64,000 nt of DNA from Bacteroidales bacterium UBA5206 (GTDB lineage: Bacteria; Bacteroidota; Bacteroidia; Bacteroidales; Tenuifilaceae), in NCBI GenBank assembly GCA_002412705.1, contig DHVO01000089.1:5636-69635 (forward strand). Direction: 5' to 3'. A program made the position numbers and the translations under genes. Shown piece by piece: positions 30,501 through 39,214 of this stretch. The notes beneath the pieces were generated by a model, which ran no database searches, had not been told where the DNA came from, and worked only from the letters and a program-made list of their open reading frames with translations. How positions within the stretch are numbered: the first letter of the stretch is position 1; each line of letters starts with the position of its first letter.

Positions 30501-31064
30501 GTCTGGATCCGATTCCATTGTAATGGTAATGAGCTCTTGCCTGTTGCCCTTATTTTCGAGAGTAAGGTTAAACGATGAAGTGCTCTTCTCTGGATCAATA
30601 AACCTAAATCGATCTATATTCTTTATTCTAAATCCTGATATTCGGGGAATCTTAACAAAACAGTACTCGTTTTTTATGGTGTTTCCTCTGCTATCGGTTA
30701 GTGAAGCAATAACACTATAACCAATATCACCTCTTGCTTCGCTCCCTACAGCAACACGAATAGGTATATAAATGGAATCCTGAGGTTCTATTGTAACCTC
30801 TCGTTTATCTTGACCTATAACATTCCAACCTTGAGGTACTGTAATGTTAAGGGTAACAACTTCTGTTCTATTGCCAGAGTTTTTTACTTTTAGTGCATTA
30901 AAGAAGCTTTCTTTTGCACTGGATGTAACATAGTGCTGTGCAAATGCTATTTCTAGCTTTGATGGCTCGTTATTATATAGAAAGTATTGGGCTGTACTAG
31001 AAAACGGAAAAACAGTTGCTAATAGCCAAAAAATGAGGTTTTTATATGATATTCTAAATCTCAT
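27540..31064 (-). CDS. 1174-aa outer-membrane protein: N-terminal beta-sandwich modules, internal barrel-like region, CarboxypepD_reg-like modules, C-terminal OmpA peptidoglycan-binding domain
   Basis: It has a signal peptide (FPFSSTAQ). Residues ~265-740 are rich in alternating hydrophobic/aromatic strands. Residues ~750-1055 hold three modules such as GRVTLENIPEGNYTI, DKNGEFVLFAPVTDRYSV and IRGTVKDANTLNPI. The OmpA_C signature is present (RIEIQGHSDD...ERAKSVARYL...NRRVEVEVL). Confidence 0.8.
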   Translation of the reverse strand: MRFRISYKNLIFWLLATVFPFSSTAQYFLYNNEPSKLEIAFAQHYVTSSAKESFFNALKVKNSGNRTEVVTLNITVPQGWNVIGQDKREVTIEPQDSIYIPIRVAVGSEARGDIGYSVIASLTDSRGNTIKNEYCFVKIPRISGFRIKNIDRFRFIDPEKSTSSFNLTLENKGNRQELITITMESDPDLSIEGGTNLFVKDFPLKEYNDTSVSFNIRLVNTTSFGKTMYKLNLRVSSQDTMYQQNVWFKKLESDYINYIPPSSKPLVLEVTAQGLLKENEVPGITALAEGNILLQERKSLFFYYRNFTSREPEDLYKYNRMYLGATINNFTLEVGDNFRSSEVSLVGRGAFVKYTSKRYSAFLLANKDLRLDLFNYSGKFRFSPKPALFFETEYILNNKEGDNPLTSHLAIARTSFPIGSSQSIGIMGSYNTYTQNINGQTNHTGFGSELVYNLRHNHISASIRAKYGSPSYIGSYRGRFDGNLYVNYNLQTGNNIRLQYSEYRFEYNVTGIGNNTSSSLSRVSTIEYLHALTPKIMIIGGPGVDHFLWNNLSGYEQSVPFNAISPKVSVGARFRLGGGYTILTPRLTVGFPYIAEAPSKEGDDNESIRKQNFNYKEVSLNLRSSKIGLISSYISGPKTVFELINHYYTSRPFNYIRIMPSYDSYIYKNIIELNASLSYNNDLVSKSSYSNISAQLQWHLKNDWLVRALGVYSLQNRKDIYEATQSYQTFYLEAGIRKEFNLNHPSVKYHDIELVFFKDFNGNLTQDQNEPGIKNILVEINKIEGEEARYVPGDFYSTQLLSNAYGRVTLENIPEGNYTINYYAVGDDAGTFSKANEESNLKVSFTGNYYFPYVEKNKVFGKIILNRSKLSGLGNIDVSNVRIVATDSQKRSYSTLTDKNGEFVLFAPVTDRYSVSINNIFYENFDLRQNNFMVQFNGYKQFEVNFVFDEKVRRINFAQGFENQPEGVAQVRRTNIRGTVKDANTLNPIRARVSLVNTTDNTTITSVYSNAQSGDFGFSFLAGDNYAVEVVAEGYWYMSENLNLNQVTTFMNVTRDVMLKPIAVGSQIGLNIPFGSNSAELGPEAVAELNRLLALLRDNPTVRIEIQGHSDDLEALSNTSISEERAKSVARYLIEKGYSNLTTKGMGNTTPKVSNDTEQGRAQNRRVEVEVLSR

Positions 31065-31066
31065 TT

Positions 31067-31621
31067 TTATGGGATGTAATTTATTGGGGATAAATTAATA
31101 GAAAGGCCTACAAGATAATAGCCGCTATCAAAGTTTAGTAAAGGCGCTGCTGTACCAAGCTTATAAGTTAACGAGAATTCAATAAGTACATTGCTGGTTC
31201 CATCTCCTTTAAGCATCCATACATCGGCAGTTGTAGGAGAAAAACTTGGAGAACTTATTTGAAGATTAGGTTCGCCTACTTGGTTTGTAATAACAGGTTC
31301 TAGTAGCAATGAACTTAGGGGAATAGAATCGGTTGGTGAGACTAGGGCTACATTATCTGCACTTATTGTAAGTTCCCAACCAGTACAACTAGAGTTATTA
31401 AAGTATAGTTGTACTTTACTCCAGCTAGTTAGGGTCACACCGCTATTAAGTTGGTCTAAAGTGCTTACTCTAAAAATGGCATTGCTTCCTTTTAGGATAG
31501 CAATTTTCGCAAATGGATCCTGAGCATATAGGTTTCCTTTGTTAGAGGAAAATACTATAAGCAAATAAAAACAGCCAAATAGGAAAAGGTGTTTACGGAT
31601 TTTTAACCAATGCGAAAGCAT
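31067..31621 (-). CDS. 184-aa secreted hypothetical protein (minor subunit/adaptor candidate)
   Basis: It has a signal peptide ending LYAQD. Its stop lies 2 nt from the start of the 1174-aa gene. The sequence is beta-rich and Ser/Thr/Leu-rich. I do not recognise the family. Confidence 0.6.
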   Translation of the reverse strand: MLSHWLKIRKHLFLFGCFYLLIVFSSNKGNLYAQDPFAKIAILKGSNAIFRVSTLDQLNSGVTLTSWSKVQLYFNNSSCTGWELTISADNVALVSPTDSIPLSSLLLEPVITNQVGEPNLQISSPSFSPTTADVWMLKGDGTSNVLIEFSLTYKLGTAAPLLNFDSGYYLVGLSINLSPINYIP

Positions 31622-31640
31622 TTTTATTATCTCGTATTAT

Positions 31641-31684
31641 AAAACTTGAAGCCAAACGGGTAACGCTCGGCTTCAAGTTTTTTA
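31641..31684 (-). terminator. Intra-cluster hairpin terminator/attenuator after the 197-aa gene
   Basis: Perfect 13-bp arms aaaacttgaagcc / ggcttcaagtttt with a 15-nt loop. Read on the minus strand it is followed by TTTTATAAT. Confidence 0.6.
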
Positions 31685-31732
31685 TTTAAAACTAGTTAGT
31701 CATTTATTTCAGCAGTGAAATAATAGAACTTA

Positions 31733-32326
31733 CTAAATTGGAACTACGTTAATAAATACATTGGTAACGTATGTATCTGATGCTAAGCTTTGCTCTAGTA
31801 GTGTTTGAGCATTCATCGATGCATTGGCAACAGTTCCCAACTCCCATTTAATATCAAAAGTATTAACAGTGCTAGAGCCAGCATCCACTGCAGATAGTAC
31901 TGCTGCAGTTGCTGTAGAAAGGCCTGTTACTGTTGCAACAGAAACAGTTGTTCCAGTTGCTCCACCCACATTGTCAATAAGATAACCAACGTTGTTAAGT
32001 GGCATCTGGTTTCCAGTTCCCCCTGCTGATTCATAGTTCATTCCATAGAAAGCAGCACTTTCTGAGTATAGAAGAACATTGAAGTTTCTTGATGAAGCAA
32101 CATTAAACCTAGTTGTATACCTTGGTGAGTTAGCTATACCAGTGGTATAGTCATCAATGGTATTAACTACAAATTGGATGTTACCCCCAGAGACTACGGT
32201 AAGCCTCAAAATTGAGTTTAGGGTTACAGATACTGGGATAACTGCGTTATCAGAAATCTGCCCAAACCCCACGTTTGCAAAAAGTAGCATTGCTACTCCA
32301 ATAATCATTTTCTTCATTTTCATCAT
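31733..32326 (-). CDS. 197-aa secreted pilin-like beta-rich protein (family not recognised)
   Basis: It has an SPI-type signal (LLFANVGFGQ) with no Cys lipobox. The mature protein lacks Cys and is rich in Thr/Ser/Ala/Val/Asn/Gly. It has alternating-hydrophobic N-terminal (AVIPVSVTL) and C-terminal (YVTNVFINVVPI) strands. Confidence 0.6.
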   Translation of the reverse strand: MMKMKKMIIGVAMLLFANVGFGQISDNAVIPVSVTLNSILRLTVVSGGNIQFVVNTIDDYTTGIANSPRYTTRFNVASSRNFNVLLYSESAAFYGMNYESAGGTGNQMPLNNVGYLIDNVGGATGTTVSVATVTGLSTATAAVLSAVDAGSSTVNTFDIKWELGTVANASMNAQTLLEQSLASDTYVTNVFINVVPI

Positions 32327-32473
32327 TTATTTAGGGTTGTTTATTACAAAGCCTAATTTGTTAAGTAAAAATATATTAAAACCTTTGTTTCCTATATACT
32401 AATAGCACTTTTTTATTAAAAAAGTTGCCTTTTTTTGATTAAAAGCGTTGTTTTATCTGCTAGGTAAACGTTT

Positions 32474-34357
32474 TTAAGGTTCAACCTTAAATCCAATTAC
32501 TAAGACATCATCTACCTGAGGGTAAGTGTCTCCCATCCAATTCTTCATCTCAATTTTGAGTCTCTCCCGTTGTTCTGCAGATGGCAGAGAATGCAGGTTT
32601 ACAAGTAGTTCGGTGAAATTTTTTATCATATACTTTCTACCCTCAGTTCCACCAAACTGATCTATAAATCCATCGGAGAAGATGTAAAACCAAGTAGGCG
32701 ATTCTACTTTTATTTTGTGTGTGGTGAATTTCACATTCTGTAAATTCTCCGTTCCACCCCCAATAGAGTCCTTGTCTCCTCTAATTCTATAAGCCTCTCC
32801 GTTTGCTACATATACAACAGGGTTCTTAGCTCCAGCGAATTCAACGGTGTTTTCTGCTTTGTTTATTATGCATAGAGCCATATCCATACCGTCGCGATTA
32901 TCGGTTTCATCCTGTCGTAACGTTCGCCTAATACCTTTGTTCAGTTCTAAAAGTGCATCAGCGGGGTTGTGAATTCCTTTTTCTATTATTTCATCGAGCA
33001 AGTTATAACCAATCATAGAGAGGAAGGCTCCAGGTACTCCGTGACCAGTACAATCAATTGCAGAAATAGCAAACTTATCCTCGGCGGGATTGTATATGTC
33101 GGAACCATTTAGAATAATTGGTCTAAACCAATAGTAGTCTCCACTTACAACATCTCTTGGCTTAAAGAATATAAAACTGTCGGGAAGGAATTCTTGCAAG
33201 TAATTTTGTGCAGGGAGTAAAGCTTTCTGAATTCCCTGTGCGTAGTTTATACTTTTTGTGATATTCTCATTCTGCCGTTGTATTTGGTCTTTTTGTCGTT
33301 GAATTTCATAGTTCTGCTCGCTTAATTTTACATTTGCCCTCTTTTTGTCCTTGTAGTTTTTGTAAACAACAATTGCGAGCAGGGTTAGCAGCAATAGGAA
33401 TATTGAAATGGAGTATATAATCATTTGCTGGGTTCGCTCACGAGTTTTCTGCTCGCTAATCTGAACTTCTTTTAATTCTCTATCCTTATTAATAAGGTCA
33501 ATCTCAATTTGTTGTTGTCGAGCTACCTGTTCTGCTTGAAAAAGGCTGTCCTGCTTTGCCTTTACTACAAACCCTAACGAGTCCTCCTTTGCTTTGGACA
33601 TTAGCTTTTGGTACTCTAACTCTAGCTGTTTTGCCATGCGCTCCATGCGCTCTTTTTCTGCCTGAACCTGAGTTTTACCAACAATTTCCTCGTATTCAAC
33701 CTTTACTTGTTGAGTGGCTAAGTGCTGTTCTACACTGGCAAAAAGGTTATTGTACTCTGAGGCTTTTTTAGTGTTGCCAATTCGTTCGTAGCAGTTTGCA
33801 AGGAGTCTAAGGCAGTTTAATGTTAGGCGAGGATTACCTACCTTTTGCGATAGTTGGTATGCTTCTTCAAGGAGTGGAATGGCTTTTTCAAATTGATTCT
33901 GTACCGTCAATAGGTAAGCCACATCAATTAATCCAGCGGCAATATCTGCTTTATTGTTGAGTTTTCGCCTAACCTCTAGGCTTTTGTTAAAATAGTCTAA
34001 GGCTAGGTCTAGCCTGTCAAGATCTGTGTAAATGAGACCTATGTTACTATATATGGCCTTAATATCGTTGAGGTTCTGTACCTTCTCGTTAAGAGGAACA
34101 GACTCTAAGAAATAGTTAACAGCCTCGCGTAAGGCACCATGTTCCCAATAGATAAAGGCAACCTTATTAAGGTAAAAAATAGTTTGTTGCAAATTGCCTG
34201 CTTGCTTGTATCGTTGTGCAAGCTCAAGGAAACGCTCAATTTCGGCTTGTTTTTCTTGGGGGATAGTAACAATGTTTTGGGCTGGACTAATGCCATTTCC
34301 TAGCATTAGTAGAAGGAATAGAAAGAGTTTAAAAAACAGAGCCCTTATGTTAGCCAC
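32474..34357 (-). CDS. Sensor phosphatase: signal peptide, TPR domain, coiled coil, TM segment, PP2C/SpoIIE domain
   Basis: 627 aa with TPR repeats in the N-terminal half and a TM segment MIIYSISIFLLLLTLLAIVVY. SpoIIE-type motifs are present: SGDYYW, DCTGHGVPGA, DGMDMA, FSDGFIDQFGG and DDVLVIGF. Confidence 0.85.
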   Translation of the reverse strand: MANIRALFFKLFLFLLLMLGNGISPAQNIVTIPQEKQAEIERFLELAQRYKQAGNLQQTIFYLNKVAFIYWEHGALREAVNYFLESVPLNEKVQNLNDIKAIYSNIGLIYTDLDRLDLALDYFNKSLEVRRKLNNKADIAAGLIDVAYLLTVQNQFEKAIPLLEEAYQLSQKVGNPRLTLNCLRLLANCYERIGNTKKASEYNNLFASVEQHLATQQVKVEYEEIVGKTQVQAEKERMERMAKQLELEYQKLMSKAKEDSLGFVVKAKQDSLFQAEQVARQQQIEIDLINKDRELKEVQISEQKTRERTQQMIIYSISIFLLLLTLLAIVVYKNYKDKKRANVKLSEQNYEIQRQKDQIQRQNENITKSINYAQGIQKALLPAQNYLQEFLPDSFIFFKPRDVVSGDYYWFRPIILNGSDIYNPAEDKFAISAIDCTGHGVPGAFLSMIGYNLLDEIIEKGIHNPADALLELNKGIRRTLRQDETDNRDGMDMALCIINKAENTVEFAGAKNPVVYVANGEAYRIRGDKDSIGGGTENLQNVKFTTHKIKVESPTWFYIFSDGFIDQFGGTEGRKYMIKNFTELLVNLHSLPSAEQRERLKIEMKNWMGDTYPQVDDVLVIGFKVEP

Positions 34358-34874
34358 TTCGTAATAATTAGTTATTGTAAAAATTACTTAAAAGTAATAA
34401 ATGTTGGTTACATGCCGCTTCTAATCTTACAAAAAATGATTTTTGCACTTATTTTTTGACAAGTGATACTTCTTTTAATTTGCTTTGCGCATTTCTATAC
34501 ACTAGTTCCCTTTCCTTGAATGAACTCAAGTTGTTTTTAATTTATTAATGGTTATATTATTAAAAACAAACGTTAGACATAGGTTTGTTGTTTCTAATTA
34601 TTCTTTTTTTAGTTTTCATAATGTATTTTTCATTCTTGTAATGCTGAAGGCTTTTATTTTAATCAGCAATTTATTATACTGCTGTGAATAAGTGCTATAC
34701 TTTGGAGTAGTGCTTTTAAACTCATCTCTTTTGAACGTTTGCCATAAGTAAGGTAAGGTTTGTCAATAAATGCTTCAATTTTATTGATGGTTGCCTCTAA
34801 TTTGCCCAGTTTTTGCTACTATTGTTATTGATTTGCTAATTGTATATCTTTACCAAGATACTATTACCCATTTT

Positions 34875-35738
34875 ATGAAGCGTTCATCCATATTGTCATT
34901 TTGCGGAGCATTGCTTATGATGGCTCCTGTTCATGGTTTTTCTCAAGACTTTGAGGTTGCTCCAGTAAACCTTGAGTTTAACGCAGAACCTGGTGAAAAT
35001 CAGGTTAAAACTATAAATGTGAGGAACCATAGTAATCAGAAAACTTCATTTATGGTGACTCTTTCCGATTATCTGCCTAAGGGCGATGGTGGAAGGGAAT
35101 TTTTGCCTCCAAATTCAACCAAGCGCAGCTGTGCCAATTGGATGAATATAAACCCTAGTTTCTTTGAGCTAAACCCAGGCGAGGAGATGGCATTGCAGAT
35201 TGGGATGCTGGTTCCTGGCGAAGAGTATGGTGCGGCATGGGCTATGCTATTTATTCAGCCAACCCGTGAGCAAACCAGTTGGAGTGCAGAGGGAACTCTT
35301 GGTGCAGGTGTTATGGTAAGTGGACGGATTGGTGTTACAATTTCGCAAACACCAAAATCGAATGCAATAAATTCTGTTAAGGTTACTAGTTTTAGTGAAG
35401 ATGTAGCATCAAGTGGAAGCGATCGTCTTTTTAATTTGTCGTTAGATAACCTTGGTGAGAGAATAACTAAGTGTAAGGTGTTTCTTGTTGCATCAAATAT
35501 GATTACTGCAGAGGAGAAACAGTTCCCTCCACTTGAGATAGAAACATTCCCTAAAGCCACAAGAAACGTGCAGCTAACGCTTCCCGCAGGCCAACTTGCT
35601 CCTGGGAAGTATGCTCTTGCGGCCATAGTTGATTACGGGCCTAAGTATGCACTAGAAGGGGCTCAAATTGTTATTGATATTAAGGATAGTGGCACACAAC
35701 CAGTCCAACCCGATACTCTAACTCCTCCAACAGAATAG
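34875..35738 (+). CDS. Secreted two-module Ig-like/beta-sandwich protein (chaperone candidate)
   Basis: The ORF is 34791..35738, and the ATG at 34875 gives signal peptide MKRSSILSFCGALLMMAPVHGFSQ. There are two ~120-aa beta-sandwich-like halves (VAPVNLEFNAEPGENQVKTINVRNHSNQKTSFMVTL... and VKVTSFSED...FNLSLDNLGERITKCKVFLV...). Confidence 0.55.
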   Translation: MKRSSILSFCGALLMMAPVHGFSQDFEVAPVNLEFNAEPGENQVKTINVRNHSNQKTSFMVTLSDYLPKGDGGREFLPPNSTKRSCANWMNINPSFFELNPGEEMALQIGMLVPGEEYGAAWAMLFIQPTREQTSWSAEGTLGAGVMVSGRIGVTISQTPKSNAINSVKVTSFSEDVASSGSDRLFNLSLDNLGERITKCKVFLVASNMITAEEKQFPPLEIETFPKATRNVQLTLPAGQLAPGKYALAAIVDYGPKYALEGAQIVIDIKDSGTQPVQPDTLTPPTE

Positions 35739-35761
35739 TTTCTGTTAAGTATGCTGAGATA

Positions 35762-36925
35762 ATGCGAAAATTAGCACTCATTGGTTTTATTGTTATATGC
35801 GCTGTTGCTAAAGGCCAAACAAATTTTCTTATTTCTAAGTATTTCTCTTCTGGAAATATTTCTGAGGCGATATGGATTAAGGTAATTAACAATGATACCA
35901 TATACCATGGACCTTACACTAGTTACTACCCAGAGGGGAAAGTAATGCAGGAAGGTTTTTACTATGAGGGGGCTCCCGATAGTATATGGCTTACCTACCA
36001 TCGCTTTGGAGCGAGGAAATCCATGTTTACATTTAAGAAAGGGTTACGTTCTGGCGAATTTAAGTTTTGGTATGAGGCAGGGGGGCTATACCAACATGGC
36101 TACTACCAAAACGATTTACTCAATGGAACTTTAGTTACATACCATCAGAATGGCATCGTTGATTCCGAGTCTAACTATTTGAATGGTGTCCTTAACGGTT
36201 CAAGCACTGTGTATAGTAGTGAAGGGATAGTAAGGCTTAAACTGAGCTATGTAAACGGATTGGAAGATGGACCTTGGGAATCCTTTTTTGAAACAGGAGA
36301 GCTTAATTATAAGGGGCAGAAAAAGGAGGGGCGCTTTGTTGATACCCTGTATACTTTTTACAAAAACGGGCAAGTTCAGCGTAAGGCATACTATAATAAT
36401 GGTATAATAATAGGCTCAATGATAGGGTACTATCCAGATGGAACTATAATGAATACCATGACATATAGTAATGGTGAAATATCGGGAGTCTATTCATCCT
36501 TTTATCCCAATGGAGGCGTTGCCGAGATGGGGAATTATGCCAATAGTAAACGGAATGGGTTATGGAAAAGTTATTTCCCTAGTGGTGCCGTAAATAGTTA
36601 TGGCAATTTTGTTAACGATTCGCTTGATGGCCTATGGACTGTTCTATATGAGAATGGAGGCTTAAGACAGAAAGGTTTCTATGTAAGTGGCAACAAAATG
36701 GGGGAGTGGCAATTCTATAATAGTAGCGGACAATTTGTTATGCAAGGGTTTTACTGGGATGGTTTGCCAGAAAATGTTTGGACTATCTTCTATCAAAATG
36801 GTAGAATTGCGGGGAGAGTAGCATTTATGCGAGGTAGGCAAATAGGTGCAGCATATCTTTATAGCGAAGAGGGGTTGATTAATAAAACCTTACATTTCAA
36901 AATTCCAGAGAACTTTTCGAAGTAG
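35762..36925 (+). CDS. MORN-variant repeat protein (YwqK-like repeats), secreted
   Basis: 387 aa with a signal peptide ending AKGQ. It has more than 10 tandem ~23-aa repeats of the type G.W..YY.NG....G.Y.NG...G. Confidence 0.75.
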   Translation: MRKLALIGFIVICAVAKGQTNFLISKYFSSGNISEAIWIKVINNDTIYHGPYTSYYPEGKVMQEGFYYEGAPDSIWLTYHRFGARKSMFTFKKGLRSGEFKFWYEAGGLYQHGYYQNDLLNGTLVTYHQNGIVDSESNYLNGVLNGSSTVYSSEGIVRLKLSYVNGLEDGPWESFFETGELNYKGQKKEGRFVDTLYTFYKNGQVQRKAYYNNGIIIGSMIGYYPDGTIMNTMTYSNGEISGVYSSFYPNGGVAEMGNYANSKRNGLWKSYFPSGAVNSYGNFVNDSLDGLWTVLYENGGLRQKGFYVSGNKMGEWQFYNSSGQFVMQGFYWDGLPENVWTIFYQNGRIAGRVAFMRGRQIGAAYLYSEEGLINKTLHFKIPENFSK

Positions 36926-36945
36926 ATTATATATACTGTTATCAC

Positions 36946-36987
36946 AAAAAACGAGAGGCTGTCCAAATAGACAGCCTCTCGTTTTTT
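36946..36987. terminator. Bidirectional rho-independent terminator
   Basis: Perfect 18-bp arms aaaaaacgagaggctgtc / gacagcctctcgtttttt with loop caaata. It lies between the MORN gene and gyrB. Confidence 0.8.
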
Positions 36988-37016
36988 ATCTTGTCCTATA
37001 TAGGAGGGAAAGCTCC

Positions 37017-38996
<1,980 letters not shown>

Positions 38997-39158
38997 TTAT
39001 TATTCTAAATCCAATCAATTACCTGCCGATTAAAAATCGGCTAAGGATGTAATTGATAAGTTGTTGATTATCAAAAGGAGTGCACTTGATTAGCGCATCC
39101 ATCAAAGATAGCAATAAAATCGAATTTTTCGATTCTATTTTTCTGTGTTTTTACTAAC

Positions 39159-39196
39159 AAAAAAGCCTGATTAGTAGAGTCTAATCAGGCTTTTTT
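39159..39196 (-). terminator. Rho-independent terminator downstream of the barrel gene
   Basis: Arms aaaaaagcctgattag / ctaatcaggctttttt with loop tagagt. Confidence 0.75.
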
Positions 39197-39214
39197 GATG
39201 GATGGCACTACCAG

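Noticed and set aside
35762-36925. A toxin-antitoxin system, suggested by the YwqK-like (antitoxin-annotated) MORN repeats.
   Set aside because: The protein has a signal peptide. No toxin-like partner (deaminase, nuclease or LXG-type) is adjacent. The repeats alone are not evidence for TA function.
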